Shown in pieces: positions 12,868 to 23,799 of a DNA stretch of 64,000 nucleotides; position 1 is the first letter of the stretch; each line of letters begins with the position of its first letter. The notes beneath the pieces were generated by a model. It was not told the DNA's origin, did not search any database, and saw only the letters and a list, made by a program, of their open reading frames with translations. Source of the stretch: Euprymna scolopes (lineage: Eukaryota); assembly GCA_053919585.1 (NCBI GenBank), contig CM132824.1; one strand, written 5' to 3'. Position numbers and translations under genes: made by a program.

Positions 12868-12958
12868 GCTCATCTATACATTGTCCTGACCAGGCTCAAT
12901 ATTGCTTAACTTCGGTGATGTAACGGGAACCGGTGTGTCAATGTGATTATGCCGTATC
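12868..12958 (-). pseudogene. 5S rRNA pseudogene or 5S-derived SINE head
   Basis: Minus strand tacggcataatcacattgacacaccggttcccgttacatcaccgaagttaagcaatattgagcctggtcaggac matches the first ~90 nt of animal 5S rRNA, including box A (AGTTAAGC); 3' end missing. Confidence 0.85.
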
Positions 12959-13854
12959 TATTTCTAAGTATGATATAGCACTGGAATAAAATCTATAAAA
13001 AACTAGATATGTTGATTTTTTTTTTTTTTTTTTTTTGTATCTCACCGATAAATTATATAAAAAAAATAATACACATTGGTAAACATGTAAATAAATCAAT
13101 TTCTTTTCATGGGATAAAATTTTATGAATTGCGACCTTCATAAGGCTCTTTCTGGAAATTATTTTGCCGAGGAGTAATTTCACCATAAAAATTTGACGTA
13201 TTCAATTTTTTTTTTTTTTTTTTTTTGTTAACCCTGAGATTTTTAGCCAGATGTTTTTGCGTGGATTTTTAGGACAGTAATTGAATATCTGACATTGAAT
13301 ACGTTTATTAATACGTTTATTAATAATGTTCGATCAACTTATGGAAACTATTATTAAAATTTTTTGTAATTAGTTAGTAATTGAGTAATTTTGATTTTAA
13401 AGAAACAAACATTTTATCGTCAATTGAATTATTTTCAAATGGGTGAGAAGCAATATTATAATGAATTATTTTCAAATGGGGGAGTTAATTTAATCCCAAC
13501 CGAATAAAAAAGCTCAATACATAACAGAGAGTAGAGCTTATTATAAGAAAAAGGAAATTAAAACTGTAAGTTAAATTATATATTATATAATTGTTCGACT
13601 GAATACTCCAAAAAACAATTTACAAAATTTCAACTTACAGTTTTAATTTTCTTTCTTTTTTTATGTATGCATATTTCACAGAAGAACAATTCAATTCTTG
13701 TTTGTTTCTCTTGCAATCCATTGGGGGGGGGGTTATGTTCGAACGTTTAGTTCGAGTGTAAAAATATATGTTTTTTTAAATGCCCTGTAGGAAAATGTCT
13801 CCAAAAACAACACGTACATCGGCATGACTAGAACTAGTATCTCTCGCCGGCTTA

Positions 13855-14259
13855 TGTGGGTCAATTCGACGACAACATTATCTTTCGCTATGGCGATGTC
13901 AAATAGCTGCAACTAGCTCCGACTTTTTCTTGTGGGGATATCTTAAAGAAAGAGTCTATTGACAAATTTCAAACCCTGCAAGAATTGAAGGAAAACATCT
14001 GGGACGAAATAAGGAAGTTAAATCGCAGTCCAAATATTCTGCAATCTTTCATGACTGTTGTTTTGGAAAAAGCACAAATATGAAAATGGGCAACATTTAA
14101 GACATTATTTTTCATAAATTAAGATTGTTTGAACTTTGTATTTTTATTTAAAAATTTCCCTTTGTCTTAATCAGATTGTGTTAAAATTACAGAAAGATAT
14201 CGTCAAAAATAAAGAATCTATTTATGTTCAAAATCCTTCGGTGACTTTTGGACACCCTG
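13855..14259 (+). mobile_element. Tc1/mariner superfamily transposon 3' remnant
   Basis: DFFLWGYLKERVY...TLQELKENI motif; terminal ...ttttggacaccctg followed by TA. Confidence 0.8.
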
Positions 14260-15056
14260 TATATCTTTCGTTTTGTTCTCTTGATCTTACTAGATTCCAG
14301 GACAAGAATTCCTCTAGCCTGGTGGAGTACCCAGCATCTTGTTGTTACTTGAAGTAACATTGCTTGGAGAAGGTGCAACATTTCCTATAAAAGCCAGTGT
14401 TGATAAGCCATATCAAGGACATCTAATTTGGGTGGCAAATACTATGTGATGTTGAATATTGTTAGGGTTTACTTGTAGCAAACTATCCTCATGCCAGGTT
14501 GGCCTGACAAACCCCTATAGAGAAATTTTAGGCACTCTCCTCGAGTGTCTACTAGACATTCAAGTTCTTTCTCTCTCTCACACACACACCCGCATGCATC
14601 TTAAAATGTATCTAATCATACATCCACATACATTACGTTCGCACACTCATCTACACACATATGTTCCGACTAATCTGTTCAATTTAATTGAGGTGTCAAC
14701 ACGCCCAATGAGACAGATGTTAATACCAATGAGATTAGATGACTACACCCCTATGTTATAAGCCCCAGTTAGCATAAAAAAAACATATACACACACACAT
14801 ATACACACACATAGATCGATGCCTCCATCCAGTCTTAAAAGACAAAGAATACCCCCTGTAGGGGCAGTTGTACATGTAATTGTGAGGCAAGGGTTGCGCA
14901 ATCTCCAACCACACCCCTCCTGAATCGGCACTGTTTGAGTCCAGAGGCAAGGAGAAGTCCAGGACGACTGGAAACAATGCAGAGATAAGCAGTGTATGAA
15001 TTAAAATATGATATTTATGCGTATTTTATAACCAGGCAACACGGGGCGACCTGCTA

Positions 15057-15114
<58 letters not shown>

Positions 15115-15252
15115 TTCAGAATAGTTTTTATTTAACAATCAGTTGCCATGGAAACGTGAGATTGTAGGTTTACAAAATATTACTGGCAGTAATATTCTAT
15201 AAGTTATCCCATCTAAACAGGAATTGCTCGATATGCAAGATAGAGCAAATAA

Positions 15253-15425
15253 ATTAAATTGTAATTCAATGAATTTAAAAAAAACTCTCATTGAAATGAA
15301 ATGAAGTGGTTGAGTTTCATATCAAAGAATTTTTATTATTATTCTAAGCAAGACAAACTTGCTATGAAACTCAACCACTTCATTTCATTTCAATGAGAGT
15401 TTTTTTTAAATTCATTGAATTACAA

Positions 15426-15431
<6 letters not shown>
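15253..15431. repeat. Inverted repeat, 69 bp perfect arms, 41 bp spacer
   Basis: 15253-15321 is the reverse complement of 15363-15431. Confidence 0.9.
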
Positions 15432-15474
<43 letters not shown>

Positions 15475-15503
15475 GAAGTATAAGTTCTAAACTCACACAC
15501 TAG

Positions 15504-15536
<33 letters not shown>

Positions 15537-15540
<4 letters not shown>

Positions 15541-15679
15541 TGCGTGTTATCCATATACAACACTGCCTCGCTGCCCCACAGCCACCAGTGTGACTAAACA
15601 GGCAACTACCTTAAGTCAGGATTGAAACCCGACTGCCTATACGACGTCAAGGCTCCTAACCATTACGCTAATTGGCGGC
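15537..15679 (-). mobile_element. tRNA-derived SINE with (TA)n tail
   Basis: Minus strand A-box tagcgtaatgg and B-box ggtttcaatcc about 30 nt apart, then a unique body and (TA)n. Confidence 0.65.
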
Positions 15680-15864
15680 TTCTGAGCTAAGCGTGAATAA
15701 ACGATGTTTTGACTTCGTCCGAAATACCCAAGCTCGATTTGTTTACACAAAGAGCATCTCTCCATACGACAATGGTATTTCGTGTATCACTTCTCAATAT
15801 GCTCAACTCAAAATGAGGAACATTCAGGCACATATGTAGTTTGATAAAGCATAGTACGTTTTAT

Positions 15865-16385
15865 TTCAGTGTAGTAAAAACTCCTGGGAACATATACCCG
15901 AACGAACAGTTGGGAATGACAACTACACTATTCACTATGACTACATAATCCCTACTGCTACATATCTTGAAAACGCAGCTGTTAAACCAAATATAGTGAT
16001 TTGGGACAGAGCAAACAAAAAAGCGACCGTAATAGAGGTCAGTGTAGCCAATGATACAGGGCTTAACAGAGTTGAGAGGGAAAAGATAACAAAGTATCAA
16101 GGACTTATGTATGATATGAAACGAAATTGGAAATTAAAAGACGTTTCAATTATACCAGTCATCATAGGAGCAACTGGGCTTATGAAAAAGAACTTCAAAA
16201 AGTACATAGCAAGCATACCCGGTGAACCAAGTGCAAGTGAAATACAAACGATTGCACTGAAAGGGACGGCTAGAATCCTGAAAAGATCTCTTGGTTGGAC
16301 TCACTAAAATAGGGGTAAATGTCAGACATCTGGTTGGATTTCCCATCCCCTAGAAGAAAAAGTTTAAGAAAAATGAAAAAAAAAG
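15865..16385 (+). mobile_element. 3' fragment of an RLE-type (R4/Dong/NeSL-like) non-LTR retrotransposon
   Basis: WEHIPERTV...VKPNIVIWD...VIEVSV...EKITKYQGL...IIPVIIGATG is a PD-(D/E)xK restriction-like endonuclease domain; A-rich tail follows. Confidence 0.85.
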
Positions 16386-16439
16386 AGAGATCTAGAAACA
16401 AGAGCCACTGAACCAATATTCATCCATCTGGCCAGACAT

Positions 16440-16815
16440 TTTCAACAAGATTGTCTTGCAAATGTGACAAGAGCACCAAACAAGCGTTTCACAGATGTAG
16501 TCAAAAGAGCTATCTGCTACTGCTAAGCGGGGGGTAGTATACAATTCGGCACAATTGAATGTGTAAATATCTTCACTGGACCATTCCGCAAAAAATATAG
16601 TTCTTCAGTGTAACAGCGAATTCTGGAAATATGCAAAAAAAAAAAAGCAGCTGAAAATAAGTCATACGCCATTCGCTATGACTTAGAAAGCGGAACTTTT
16701 AAACCTGCCATAGTGATACAGGGCAAGAGGGATAAAGTAGCATCCGTAATTTAAGTCAATGTTCTAATGATGCTGGCTTAAACAGAGCTGAGAGAAGATA
16801 AGTAAATACCAAGGT
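16440..16815 (+). mobile_element. Second, more decayed RLE-type retrotransposon fragment
   Basis: RHN..CKYLHW remnant; aatgatgctggcttaaacagagctgagag...aaataccaagg parallels 16050-16102. Confidence 0.65.
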
Positions 16816-16984
16816 ATTTCGGTTGGAGTTTCTGAAGTAGCGAAAGAATGTCTGGCTTTTCCATCTTTTCACAATGACAATATACCCACCATTTATAAAA
16901 AGTTTGGAAAGTATTTTTTTATAGCCATGTAATTACTGATTACAGCAGTCGGTAATATGAACAAATTAAAATATATAAATTATT

Positions 16985-17437
16985 AAAAAAATCAACAAGC
17001 ATAAAAAACTAATTTTCACATTCTGATAAACGAATTATAGAAGGAATTTGCCGTTTTAAAAGCCCATAATACTTTGTCATATGACACGAAATTGAATAGT
17101 TTATTTCCAATTTATGCAGTGACCTCCAGTTAATTAAACTGATGTTTTGTAAAGTGTTTATTATTAAACATGGTAACTCAGATAATATTTTTCAATTATG
17201 ATTTATTTCCATATTTTCATGGTTTATTTATATTTGGAAAATTGATGGTTTCGTATATTTCGTTTATTTTATTAAAAACTAAAAATACTTACGCTTTTAT
17301 TGTTTCGATATTTGTTAAGTATTAGACATTTATATAATTTTTAGTTCTTAATTTTGAGGATGTTTCATGCCTCCTTCTATTATTAATTCGTTTATCAAAT
17401 GTGAAAGTTAGTTTTATTATGCTTATTAATTTTTTTA
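16985..17437. mobile_element. MITE-like element with about 60 bp imperfect TIRs
   Basis: aagcataaaaaactaattttcacattctgataaacgaatta...tagaagga is mirrored at 17373-17437. Confidence 0.6.
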
Positions 17438-17702
17438 GAAATTATAACTTGGGCTTTTTTGACTCTCGAGTGTGTATCCGTTGATATCTTATGTTTTTAT
17501 ATAGAGTGATGTGGTTCTCGGTTGATTGTGTCTGTGTCGGATATATACTCGAGCGTCAAAACAATCATAAGAATATTCTGTTGTCATAGCCGTAATATTA
17601 AGTAGGTACGTGCATTAGCCTATCCCAAAATATATAAACATTTTTACTCTTTCCTTCAATTAAAAATTCATCAAAATTCAAGAAATCAACCAAGTTTAAT
17701 GA

Positions 17703-18107
17703 ACTAGTGGGGGTGAAGACTAGCTTTGCCCGATCGTAAAACACGCTTAAATATGATATTTTAATTTGTCCAGATTTCGTATATATTGTTATAGAGTTGT
17801 GATTTCAAAAGTAAAAAAAAGTAATTGGTTAGAATTGAAACCAAAAGCAAAATTGTAGCGTTCAAAGCTGGTGACGTTACGAGTGTATCCACATGAGACG
17901 CATATGAATTGCTTAAAACATAAACTAAGATGAATATACAAAATGTATAACGATTTTTTCAATTTTGACTCGTTAACACTATTTTAACAGCTAAAGATCC
18001 ATAAAAAATCCAATCATTTGAGGCCCCTTCTGCAACTTTTTGTTTCGGAAGAGATGGAGTTTGAAAATATGGAGACAGACAGACGGACATATATTTATAT
18101 ATTAGAG
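17703..18107 (-). mobile_element. Non-autonomous Helitron (Lep1-like architecture)
   Basis: Minus strand 5' tctaatatataaata, (ctgt)n tract, 3' cgggcaaagc hairpin and CTAG|t end. Confidence 0.7.
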
Positions 18108-18140
18108 CAATCACAGAATATAATGAACTCATTATCTTTA

Positions 18141-18621
18141 TCTCTTATATAAATGGAAAATGTCTGTTTGTATGTCTGCTAAAAACTTTTGTCATCCACA
18201 TAGTACAGGCACAAAATCGGCATCGTTAGAAAGCGCAATCTTTCGGACAAAACATATCGAAAAATTGGAAAAACTTTTCCATTATTTCGTGTAGAAATTT
18301 CGCTTTGTTTGAAAGGGGATCAGATAAAAACCTTACTTTTGACACGGTTTGCAAACCGCGCTTGTGTTAACCGTTGTTATGTTCTTCCATTTTAAATAGC
18401 TAAATTTGTTATGTTATAGCATCTGTGTCCTCGTGGTTCCATCTATAAGGTGTTTGCTTACTAACTTGAGTTATGTGAGTTCATGCCTGGTACACGTCAT
18501 TTTTTTTATTCTTTTTTCCTTTTTTAATCTTTTTTTGTTTACGACCGAGCAACAATGTCACAATGTCCTCCCTCTCGCCGTCACAATTTTTTACAGCCCC
18601 CACCCACCCCGGCCAGCTAGT
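18141..18621 (+). mobile_element. Non-autonomous Helitron
   Basis: 5' atctcttatataaatgg, tgtctgtttgtatgtctg tract, 3' ...cccggccagCTAG|t. Confidence 0.6.
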
Positions 18622-19390
18622 TTTTTCTAAATCGTAGTGAAAATGTATTTTGTGTAAACAAAAAACAGGTTTGCTAAAGTTATAGTCTTAAGTACGAAAA
18701 AACAGCATTGATTTATTTTTTGTTTTTCTTATGAAAATAAAGCATCGTAGATGTTAACAATTACATTTTTAAAATATTTCCGGACCATTACGAAAAAAGC
18801 CTTTAAAGTCCGTGTTAATGAAATCGATATAATTCGAAGAAAATTAATTTCTCAGACTAACGATATTATCATTAAATTAAGCATTGTTTATTCAATATTT
18901 TCAGCCCAAAAAACAACAAAATAAAAAAGGGGTGCTTTCTTTGCGGCGCGTTTTATAGAGAAAGACAAAACAAGCTTTTAAAGTGATGAGTTAATGAACA
19001 CAAACGGTGCAGTATTTCGTTCATGCTTGATCAGTAAGCTATAATTTTCCAAATCCTACAGAACAAACTATCTCAGCAAATAAATAACCAAACGCAAATG
19101 GCAGGCAACTCATTTAGCATTTGGCTGATTCCTGAATTCTATAGCATTTCACCCAATCACAGTGTCTTAATGGTTGGAACAGCAGTAGCTGGTATACGAA
19201 ATGTGTAATGTTATCGATGTCGAGTGTGTTTTTCTACTCGGGTTGAGAGATGGTATTTTGTCAGTATACCGATGGTTAACCCATGACCAGAAGAACGATT
19301 TAAAGCAGGCAAAACAAGCCTTTCTTAGAGCTTTTGTGCAAGACCCTTTTGTTGCATTTGACAAGTTTATCCCTTCATTTGTGTCCTAGG

Positions 19391-20001
19391 GGAAAACTGG
19401 ATTTGGCACATCTAATTGAAGGAAACTGGATTTGGCACATCTAATTGAAGGAAACTGGATTTGGCACATCTAATTGAAGGAAACTGGTTTGGCACATCTA
19501 ATTGAAGGAAACTGGATTTGGCACATCTAATTGAAGGGAACTGGTTTGGCACATCTAATTGAAGGAAACTGGTTTGGCACATCTAATTGAAGGGAACTGG
19601 TTTGGCACATCTAATTGAAGGAAACTGGATTTGGCACATCTAATTGAAGGAAACTGGATTTGGCACATCTAATTGAAGGGAACTGGTTTGGCACATCTAA
19701 TTGAAGGAAACTGGATTTGGCACATCTAATTGAAGGAAACTGGATTTGGCACATCTAATTGAAGGAAACTGGATTTGGCACATCTAATTGAAGGGAACTG
19801 GATTTGGCACATCTAATTGAAGGGAACTGGATTTGGCACATCTAATTAAAGGAAACTGAATTTGGCACATCTAATTGAAGGAAACTAGATTTGGCACATC
19901 TAATTGAAGGGAACTGGATTTGGCACATCTAAATGAAGGAAACTGGATTTGGCACATCTAATTGAAGGGAACTGGATTTGGCACATCTAATTGAAGGAAA
20001 C
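19391..20001. repeat. 29 bp minisatellite ggaaactggatttggcacatctaattgaa, about 21 copies
   Basis: Head-to-tail near-identical units with no spacers. Confidence 0.97.
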
Positions 20002-21071
20002 CTGCTGACTGATGGCTCATTTGTGCTTTTGTGTCAGTACTCCCTGGTTTGATTAGACATGCATTCGGTTAGGCATGGATCCTCAAAGATGGAGCACGAG
20101 ATTTTGGAACAGATTCTTGCTAGGACTCGAGCTCTCATGACAGAAAAACTAGAGGTGAATGAAGTTGTTGCTGTACCAGTCGGGTGATTCAGAGTTTTTC
20201 TTCATGTGCCTGTTAACCCACCTTCGACCCCTGACTAACAGGACGCAGTCACAGTGCTGTGCCAAAAGTACACAGGTCCCAATAACTTTGCCAGAGACTG
20301 TTGACAGCCCAAGTTAAAGCGAGAAGAACACTTCCAGAGATGCACTGTTATTGGTGCCATCAACAAGGACATGTCGCATCAAGGTGTCCAGGAACTGAGG
20401 CAAAGGGTGAGAGGTCAAAACTACTCTCTCCACATAAATTAGTAGAAGTGCTTCTCATAATAAAAGTAAAAATCAGGTGGCTAGATCGGATAGTGTTAAT
20501 GGATTCTGGATGCTCCTCATCCATTGTAAGTTATTTTATCAACCCAAAGTACAGAAAAGGACTGAAATTCTGATGCAGACAGGAAATGCCTTCTAAGCCA
20601 CAGTGTTGGCAGCATAACTTTAACAGTGACCAACAGGAAACTCATCAAGACTGACATACTGGTGATAAACAGCCATTGGGATTCGTCCTCCTTTTTGGGA
20701 TGGACGTTATCAAGAAATTTAGCAGTATGCATATCACCGAAAGAGACAAGGTACAGTTAGCTGAGGTGGCTCTCACTCTAGGTCTGAAGATAGATCTGGA
20801 GCAGCCTGACTTTTGCATAGAATTCAATCAGGGCATCAAATCCTGGATGGTATTGTGAAAGTGGTTATCAGCCGCCAGAAAAATTATGCAACAGAATACT
20901 GGAGTATAACATCCCTGCAAAAATTTGTGCAGAATCTAGTAAAGAGCTACATTGATAATAGGTGGAATAGAAGAGAAATTTGGGCCCCTGATGGGCCTGA
21001 ACTCATTAATGTCAGTCATCCAGCAGAACAAACAAAAGGTAACTCGACTATCAGGAGTTAAATGAGCATTT

Positions 21072-21329
21072 CAATCCATTCATCGCTCATGTAGATATGT
21101 CAACCCATTCATTGCTCATGTAGATATGTCAACCCATTCATCGCTCATGTAGATATGTCAACCCATTCATTGCTCATGTAGATATGTCAACCCATTCATC
21201 GCTCATGTAGATATGTCAACCCATTCATTGCTCATGTAGATATGTCAACCCATTCATTGCTCATGTAGATATGTCAACCCATTCATCGCTCATGTAGATA
21301 TGTCAACCCATTCATCGCTCATGTAAATA
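21072..21329. repeat. 29 bp minisatellite caacccattcatygctcatgtagatatgt, about 9 copies
   Basis: Head-to-tail units. Confidence 0.97.
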
Positions 21330-21595
21330 TGGAACGTTGTGCACAATTACACCCAGGACCCACACGTTGTAGACTCAGTCGCAAAAGAGACAAAGAATAG
21401 AAAAGAGGAAAGAACTTTTGTTTTTCTTTTGTAACAACATTTATTTCCTAATTCTCTCATTACCATGATGACGTCATCATGTGATCATCTTCTCAAATGT
21501 GCTCTCTAATGTCGTCTACACTTTTTTCCCCCTTACCATGACGTCATTTCGCTCATGGTTCAGTATTTGCATATAGCTACTCATGCTTTGTTACA
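21330..21595 (-). mobile_element. Probable solo LTR inserted in the Gypsy RT region
   Basis: TG...CA ends (tggaac...gttaca), AATAAA on the minus strand near 21443, and the host RT sequence resumes at 21596 (gacatatgcatcaaagagttgcgagaatgg). TSD degenerate. Confidence 0.55.
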
Positions 21596-22230
21596 GACAT
21601 ATGCATCAAAGAGTTGCGAGAATGGCAGCAAGATCGAATATATCCGTGTTAGACCTTTGCAAGGTTTACCTTCAAGTATATGTGCACCAATCACTGTGGC
21701 CCTATCAAATCAAGGGACAAAGCATTGCCTTATTTGCATAGGATTCAGACTCAGTGTGGCACCGTCCATCATGCCAGCAGTTGTTATTGCTATTTTGATG
21801 AAGGACAAGCGCATACAGCAGAAACATCTCCCTATATTATGTGTATGTGGACGAGAGTGTTGTGCCAATGGTGCATGTGTAGGAGCATTTCTAAAGCTTC
21901 GGCCTCCTTAGCAAAGACCCGGAGAGGCTACAGCATGGTATATGAGTGTTTAGTTTACAAGTCTGAGAAAAGGATAATGCTCTGTATTTGGAGAAGAGGG
22001 AATAAAATCTCAGACATGTCTTGTGTTGTCATGTGACAATGTTATGTGGCAAGTTGGTTGGGCACCTTCCTGTTAGTGGTTGACTTTGTGTTGCCATGGC
22101 ATCAAGTGGAGAGTATCTGACGTCACCACTGGGTGGGATGACAAATTAAACGACACCTCAATGCTTAAGGAGGTTTTCATCAGAATGCAGGACGAAGGCT
22201 CGTTGTGAGGCCAATGATGCATCGACGTTC

Positions 22231-22450
22231 AAGATGTTAGCATATGAGTGAAGATGTTAGCATATGAGTGAAGATGTTAGCATATGAGTGAAGATGTTAG
22301 CATATGAGTGAAGATGTTAGCATATGAATGAAGATGTTAGCATATGAATGAAGATGTTAGCATATGGGTCAAGATGTTAGCATATGGGTCAAGATCTTAG
22401 CATATGGATCAAGATCTTAGCATATGGGTCAGGATCTTAGCATATGGGTC
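22231..22450. repeat. 20 bp minisatellite aagatgttagcatatgagtg, 11 copies
   Basis: Head-to-tail units with ordered variants. Confidence 0.97.
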
Positions 22451-23799
22451 ATTGCAAGCTTTCTTGCTACTGGCATGTTGGATGGGGCTGTAGTAGAGGA
22501 TGCTTGCTGTTTATGTCCAGAAAAACAACTCCCAATATATTAACCTTGTGGAACTTGATGCCATTATTAAAGGAATAAACTTGGCAATTGTTCACTGATT
22601 CTGTTTACATAAATAAATGGAATTCAGGTACTATTACCAGCAAGACCAGGGTGCGAACCAAAGCTACATTACATGCTCATTCAATGGTTGCTTGATATGG
22701 TAATAAAATTGGTGAAGGAATACATGCTGTCGATGAATGCCTCTTTGGTTAAAATAAGCCAAAACAAGGCGGGTCAATTTACAAGAGTGTCTCAGAGGTG
22801 GCTTGATGCAATCAAGTGGACATTGCGTCTGTGAAACCTGCCTACACTGCATTTGTGAGCTCAGTCAGGTTTTACCATTTCAAGACTGTTCACCAATAAA
22901 GTGCTCATCTTGGTATGAGACGGACAATTTGCAAAACAGATTGATACTTGGGTTTCTAAGGCTGCTGTGAAAACAATCATTAGAGAATGTGAAAAGTGTT
23001 AGTTGATTGATCTATCACCTATGCACTAGTCGGAGGATGCTTTAAATGTTAAACAAACATGGCACTGAGTATCGATGAATATTACCCATTGCAATGGGGC
23101 CCACTTTTTAACATTGATTGACTGCGGCTCTATGCAGTTTAACAAAATGTGAAAAGTGTAATCAACTAGTTAAAGATACTCTCCTATGAACAGGACCCAC
23201 TGACAGAGATTCAGAGATTCCTTTAGGAGCAGCTTGTTTAAAAGCTTCCGAAATCAATGGAGAATCCTACTTTGCTTGATGATGCCATTACCAGAGAAAT
23301 CAATGTCACAGACCCTATAATTTCAAATTTCTTATTATTTAAAACCCTATAATTTTAATTAAGATTCCTTCATAAGAATTGAAGTAGAATCAGCAAGACA
23401 AATGTTGCATTTATTTGTATTTGTTCATGTGGACAATTTCAGGCTATGATAAAGAGGGACAACCTGTATTTACCTTTTCCAGACACTGCTCTTCTATATA
23501 CTATTTGAATGGTTGTTCCTTACTTTGAATGGCTAATTTGTTACTGTAACATACACTGATGAGTTGTTAGTTTCATTACCATCTGAGCAATATTCTATCA
23601 CAGATGTAATACAGTTGCCAGTGAGCGAGCAGTTTGAAATGTTACATTTATTTTTTCTTGATTGATTATATAAATTGTTATTATTTTTGTGTCTATTGCA
23701 TTTAAATGTATTTTACAAATTTTGTCGAATAAGTTTAGCAGTTCATATAATCTATGTTTGATTATTTTTTTAAATTTCTTTTTCAGTTTTCCCGAAACG

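Larger units (their letters stand above)
19098..23280 (+). mobile_element. Decayed Gypsy/Ty3-type LTR retrotransposon internal region (gag-PR-RT-RNaseH-IN)
   Basis: In order: gag LIPEF...AFVQDPFVAF, zinc knuckle CYWCHQQGHVASRC, protease LMDSGCSSSIV and LLFGMDVI, RT DYQELNEH, RNase H region SIWVIASFLA, integrase IIRECEKC and FLTLIDCG. Many stops and frameshifts; LTRs not identified. Confidence 0.9.

Noticed and set aside
19391-22450. CRISPR-like appearance of the 29 bp and 20 bp arrays
   Set aside because: Units are head-to-tail with no unique spacers, there are no cas genes, and the context is eukaryotic.
23689-23799. N-terminal 37 aa extension of the 542 aa ORF
   Set aside because: Starts at GTG in AT-rich intron-like sequence upstream of a splice acceptor; ATG 23800 begins the signal peptide.
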